From Candidatus Spongiisociaceae bacterium (GTDB lineage: Bacteria > Actinomycetota > Acidimicrobiia > Spongiisociales > Spongiisociaceae): a DNA stretch of 64,000 nucleotides. Made by a program: the position numbers and the translations under genes. The notes under the pieces are model-generated. The model saw only the letters and a program-made list of their open reading frames with translations, searched no databases and was not told the DNA's origin. The stretch is taken from positions 1,536,001 to 1,600,000 of the forward strand of contig CBDCOH010000002.1 in the NCBI GenBank assembly GCA_965219685.1, read 5' to 3'. This document shows, one piece after another, positions 60,286-64,000 of this stretch. Within the stretch, counting starts at the first letter, position 1; each line of letters starts with the position of its first letter.

Positions 60286-61529
60286 CGCTGGGAGTGGAGA
60301 CAATCGAGTCCAGCCTGCTGGCATACCTGGCGGAACGAAAGGACGAGATTCTCGAATTCGCGAGGGAGTTGATCCGCACGCCGTCTCCCAACCCACCGGG
60401 AGACGAGCAGGCGGTGGCCGACGCGGTCACGTCCCGGCTCGCAGAACTGGGCATCAGCGATGTCGAACGGGTGGGCGCCGAACGCGAACGACCGAATCTG
60501 ATCGTCCGGCTCCGGGGCACCGGCGACGGGCCCACCCTCATGCTGTCGGGGCATCTCGACACCAAACCGGCCGGCGACCTCGACGCCTGGGAGACGGATC
60601 CCTGGGATCCGGTCCTGAGGGACGGAAACCTGATCGGGTTGGGATCCGGTGACATGAAGGCCGCGGTGGCCGCCATGGTCTACGCAATGGGCGCCATCAA
60701 TGCGGCCCCCGCCTTCTGCGGCGGGTTGGTGGCAGTCTTCACGTCCGACGAGGAGGCCGGATCGGCCCTCGGCTCCAAATGGTTGGCCGACAACGGTCTG
60801 CTGGATGCCGACGTGGCCGTGATCGGCGAGCCGAGCGGGATCGGGCGCGAGTGGGAGTCGCTGCACCTCGTGTCCCGGGGGGCGGCCCTGTTCAAGATCA
60901 AGGTCAGCGGTACGCAGATGCACTCCTCGATCTCGGACCGGATCAAGGGGATCAACGCCACCGTGAAGATGGCCCGCCTCATCGACCGGATGGACCGTGA
61001 CCTGGGGGCATACCTGACCTACGAGCCGCACCCCTTGAGCCCGACCGGCCCCACCATCAACGTGGGCGTCATGGCCGAGGCAGGAGTGTTCTACGGGGTC
61101 TATCCCGGCAATGCGGAGTTCGCCTGCGACCTCCGCACCCTTCCGGGAATGGACGAGCAGCAACTGATCGACGACATCAACCGCTTCCTGACCGCAGCCA
61201 TGGCGGAGGATCCCGACCTGGCGGCGGAACTGGTGTGGGAGTTGATGGTGCCGGCCACCGAGATCTCCGCCGACGAACCGATAGTCCATATCCTGCAGGA
61301 GACCGCCGGGCAGGTTCTCGGCCGGACGCCGCGGTTGGACGCCTTCCCCGGCGCCACCGACGCACCGCATTTCCAGCTCACCGCCGGGATCCCCTGCGTG
61401 GCGGCCTTCGGACCGGGGATGCTTCCCCGCGCCCACAGCCCCAACGAGTTCATGGCCGCCGAGAGCGTGTCCCAGGCCGCCGACATCTACGCCCTCGCCT
61501 CGATCCGCTACCTGGGAGTTCCCGAATGA
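60282..61529 (+). CDS. M20 family (ArgE/DapE-like) deacylase
   Basis: SGHLDTKP, GLGSGDMK, DEE, GEPS, GATDA, FGPG...AHSPNE. Confidence 0.92.
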   Translation: MTLGVETIESSLLAYLAERKDEILEFARELIRTPSPNPPGDEQAVADAVTSRLAELGISDVERVGAERERPNLIVRLRGTGDGPTLMLSGHLDTKPAGDLDAWETDPWDPVLRDGNLIGLGSGDMKAAVAAMVYAMGAINAAPAFCGGLVAVFTSDEEAGSALGSKWLADNGLLDADVAVIGEPSGIGREWESLHLVSRGAALFKIKVSGTQMHSSISDRIKGINATVKMARLIDRMDRDLGAYLTYEPHPLSPTGPTINVGVMAEAGVFYGVYPGNAEFACDLRTLPGMDEQQLIDDINRFLTAAMAEDPDLAAELVWELMVPATEISADEPIVHILQETAGQVLGRTPRLDAFPGATDAPHFQLTAGIPCVAAFGPGMLPRAHSPNEFMAAESVSQAADIYALASIRYLGVPE

Positions 61530-62197
61530 GCATCCCGACCGACGAACTCTGCGCCCGCTACCGGCGCCTCTACGTGCCCGCCGTCTGCGACGCGCTCTAC
61601 TGGATGGGTCTACCCGAACAGGTGCTGCCCAGCTACCTGAGACCGCTGTTCCCTGAGAAACGCATCGCCGGCGTTGCCTACACGATTCGCGGCGAAGCCA
61701 TCCATCCCCACATCGGGCGGGATCCGGGTATCACGCGGATCACCTCGTACCTCGAGATGTTCAAGCAACTGCAGCCCGACAACGTGCTGGTCTCCGTCAA
61801 CCCCGACAGCCACGTGGGACACCTGGGTGAACTCACCGGCAACTCGGCCCAGCGCCACGGCTGCGTAGGGGTGATCCTCGACGGGAACCTGCGCGACATA
61901 GAAGGCCTCAGAGACATCGGCCTCCAGGTCTTCTACCGGGACCTCTCGCCCCTCAACGCCATCGGACGATGGGAGATGGTCGCCTCCCAGGTGCCGGTGA
62001 CGATCGGAGGCGTCACCATCAACCCCGGCGACGTGATACTGGCCGAATTCGACGGCATCCTGGTGGTCCCCGCCAGCGACGCGGAGCGCGTACTGATCCG
62101 GTCCGAGGAGATAGTGGGCGCGGAGAAACTGGTACGCAAGGAAATGCAGGCAGGCGAATCTCCGCTGTCGAGCCTCAACCGGCACGGGTACATATAG
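61526..62197 (+). CDS. RraA / HMG-aldolase family protein
   Basis: AVCDAL, AG.AYT, GEL, DGNLRD, GGVTINPGD.I....DG.LVVP. Confidence 0.9.
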   Translation: MSIPTDELCARYRRLYVPAVCDALYWMGLPEQVLPSYLRPLFPEKRIAGVAYTIRGEAIHPHIGRDPGITRITSYLEMFKQLQPDNVLVSVNPDSHVGHLGELTGNSAQRHGCVGVILDGNLRDIEGLRDIGLQVFYRDLSPLNAIGRWEMVASQVPVTIGGVTINPGDVILAEFDGILVVPASDAERVLIRSEEIVGAEKLVRKEMQAGESPLSSLNRHGYI

Positions 62198-62341
62198 TGA
62201 GTGGTGAGTGGTGAGTGGTGAGTGGTGAGTGGTGAGTGGTGAGTGGTGAGTGGTGAGTGGTGAGTGGTGAGTGGTGAGTGGTGAGTGGTGAGTGGTGAAT
62301 GGTGAATGGTGAATGGTGAATGGTGAGTGGTGAGTGGTGGC
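62195..62341. repeat. Heptamer array of 21 units starting at the TAG stop
   Basis: TAGTGAG (TGGTGAG)x13 (TGGTGAA)x4 (TGGTGAG)x2 TGGTGGC. Confidence 0.97.
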
Positions 62342-62415
62342 AGCTTTTGCGGTATTTGTTTAGCGAGCTAGGACCGGGCAGGACGATCCTGGGTGTGGTA
62401 GCCGTTCACTGACTC

Positions 62416-62979
62416 CTAGCTCCGTCTGATCACGCCGCAGGCCACACGAGCACCGGTGTTGGCGTGCTCGCCCTCGCCGTAGCTGTCGGGCTTCTCGTTG
62501 ATGACCACAGAAGAGCCGTCGTCGTCGAACAGGGAGTGGTTCTCGCCGGTAGCCAGGGTGACGCCCTCCGTGAAGAAGTCGGCTCGAGCGGTTCCGTCGG
62601 ACGCGGCGTAGATGTTGGGCAGATCACCTCCGTGGGTTCCGGCGGTGTCGCCGCGCTTCCAGTTGGGGTGGACGAAACCGCTGCGCCTCTCACCAGGATC
62701 GAAGTGGTCTCCGGCTGCCGAGAAGTCCGGCGTGCAGGTTCCCACCGAGTGGATGTTGATTCCGTGCCCTCCCGGTGCCAGGCCCTCCACTTCAGCAGCC
62801 ACTAGGACGCCTTCGGGTCCCTGCGTCAAGGTTACGGTACCCACCCTCTCACCGGCAGCAGACATGAGTTCCGCCCGTGCCGTCGCCCCGACCTGAGGGC
62901 CGGAACCGCAAGCCATCAGTGAGAGAGCCAGGAGGGCGATGCCACCACCCTGAAGAGCCAGATGAAGTCGTCGCAACAT
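62416..62979 (-). CDS. Cu/Zn superoxide dismutase-like lipoprotein with substituted metal ligands
   Basis: Lipobox LMAC; GHGINIH, CTPDFSAAGDHFDP, HGGDLPNI, GARVACGVI. Confidence 0.88.
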   Translation of the reverse strand: MLRRLHLALQGGGIALLALSLMACGSGPQVGATARAELMSAAGERVGTVTLTQGPEGVLVAAEVEGLAPGGHGINIHSVGTCTPDFSAAGDHFDPGERRSGFVHPNWKRGDTAGTHGGDLPNIYAASDGTARADFFTEGVTLATGENHSLFDDDGSSVVINEKPDSYGEGEHANTGARVACGVIRRS

Positions 62980-63262
62980 CCTGCACATCCTTTCCACCCT
63001 TACGTCGCCTCTACCCGTAGAGGTGGCCTCCGGGATTATGCATCCGGCTGCAAAGAACCCGAACCACGCACTCTCGAGGCGTTCCTGCGCGGAATCCTAA
63101 TAATCGCGCTCGGCCCATGGCAACGACGAGACCATGCGATGTTCGACCAAGTGTGGGAGGCAGTGGTCGATCGTCGGTGTTCGGCAATCCAACTGGCAAG
63201 ATTGAGTGACGGCTCGCCGCGCCGCCATCCGGCCGGCCGTGCGACCTAAGACCGAGTGACAC

Positions 63263-63895
63263 CTATGACGTGGCACACAACCCGAGCGCCGCCACCAGGT
63301 CGGGAGCCGCCTGCACATCGCTCCCGAATCGTGACGCACCGGACTCCGTCGCGGCAACGCCCACGAACCCGCACTCCGCCTCGGCGGCCGCCTCGGCGTC
63401 CCAGGTGGAGTCACCGATCATCACTGCATCCGCCGGAGACACCCCGAGCAGCCGGCAAGCCTCGAGAATCTGATCGGGAGCCGGCTTGGGACGCAGGTCG
63501 GCGCGGCGCGGGACCAGCACGGGGATGTCGACTGCATGGCGCCGGAGGGCGGAACGGGCCGGTTTCCGCGACAGGAGGGTCACCACGGCCCTCGGCAAAT
63601 GCTCGGAACAGGCCATGGCCTCCGCAAGGCGAGGCATGGGATGCGAGAGGCGCACCGCCCGCAATTCGTGTGCAGTGATCAGGTCCGACACCTCGGCCCA
63701 GCGCCGATCCCCGCTCAGCGCCACCAGGATCGACATGCACAGCTGGGTCGGAGTGTCCCAGTCGGTTGCCGGAGTGGGTGGATCTCCCCAAGCGCCGACC
63801 AAGGCCTCGACATCCGCGAGAGCGGCCGCGTAGTCGGTGTAGGTCTGGACGTCCACCAGGGTTCTATCGAGGTCGAAGAGCACCGCTCCGGTCAT
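63263..63895 (-). CDS. HAD-family hydrolase (phosphoglycolate phosphatase-like)
   Basis: VLFDLDRTLVD, KPAPD, MIGDSTWD. Confidence 0.9.
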   Translation of the reverse strand: MTGAVLFDLDRTLVDVQTYTDYAAALADVEALVGAWGDPPTPATDWDTPTQLCMSILVALSGDRRWAEVSDLITAHELRAVRLSHPMPRLAEAMACSEHLPRAVVTLLSRKPARSALRRHAVDIPVLVPRRADLRPKPAPDQILEACRLLGVSPADAVMIGDSTWDAEAAAEAECGFVGVAATESGASRFGSDVQAAPDLVAALGLCATS

Positions 63896-63950
63896 CGAAG
63901 CCGCCGCGGCGCCGCTTCGGGGTTCGGTCCGGCACAGCAGGTCGGGGAAC

Positions 63951-64000
63951 TCAACTCGGCGGGAACTTGACTATCCGCTTGGGTGTGATCTTGCAGATCA
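63951..64000 (-). CDS. C-terminal end of a gene entering from outside the window (possibly PPOX-like)
   Basis: Frame ...ICKITPKRIVKFPPS*; only 15 codons visible. Confidence 0.35.
   Translation of the reverse strand, partial: ICKITPKRIVKFPPS

Overview
High-GC bacterial chromosome segment, most consistent with Actinomycetota (probably Acidimicrobiia). This rests on the galU-moeA-moaC-sepX-tRNA-Ala synteny, the tsaE/tsaB/rimI/tsaD-groES/groEL block, and F420-type LLM and PPOX enzymes. Bases 1-27 kb are mostly housekeeping: betaine ABC transporter, tRNA-Ala(CGC), a translin/TRAX-like gene, molybdenum cofactor genes, plsY, uppP, apbC, acnA, groESL with two CIRCE boxes, t6A genes, family-4 UDG and alr. 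Bases 27-62 kb hold a dense catabolic cluster with no recognisable dedicated regulator: amidases, M20, C45 and CocE hydrolases, aminotransferases, SDRs, aldolases, PPOX proteins and a Dpp-type ABC system with a duplicated permease. Two antitoxins in this cluster have decayed VapC partners. The most unusual signal is a family of about 12 intergenic 7-bp-periodic arrays (consensus T[A/G]G-N4). Their G/T-rich strand reads away from the gene end or promoter each array is anchored to, most begin at a TAG stop codon, and several are fused head-to-head. Also notable are a SodC-like lipoprotein lacking Cu/Zn ligands and internally deleted gene remnants. No CRISPR array, rRNA, integrase or transposase was seen. 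All product calls come from motif recognition by eye, without database searches.
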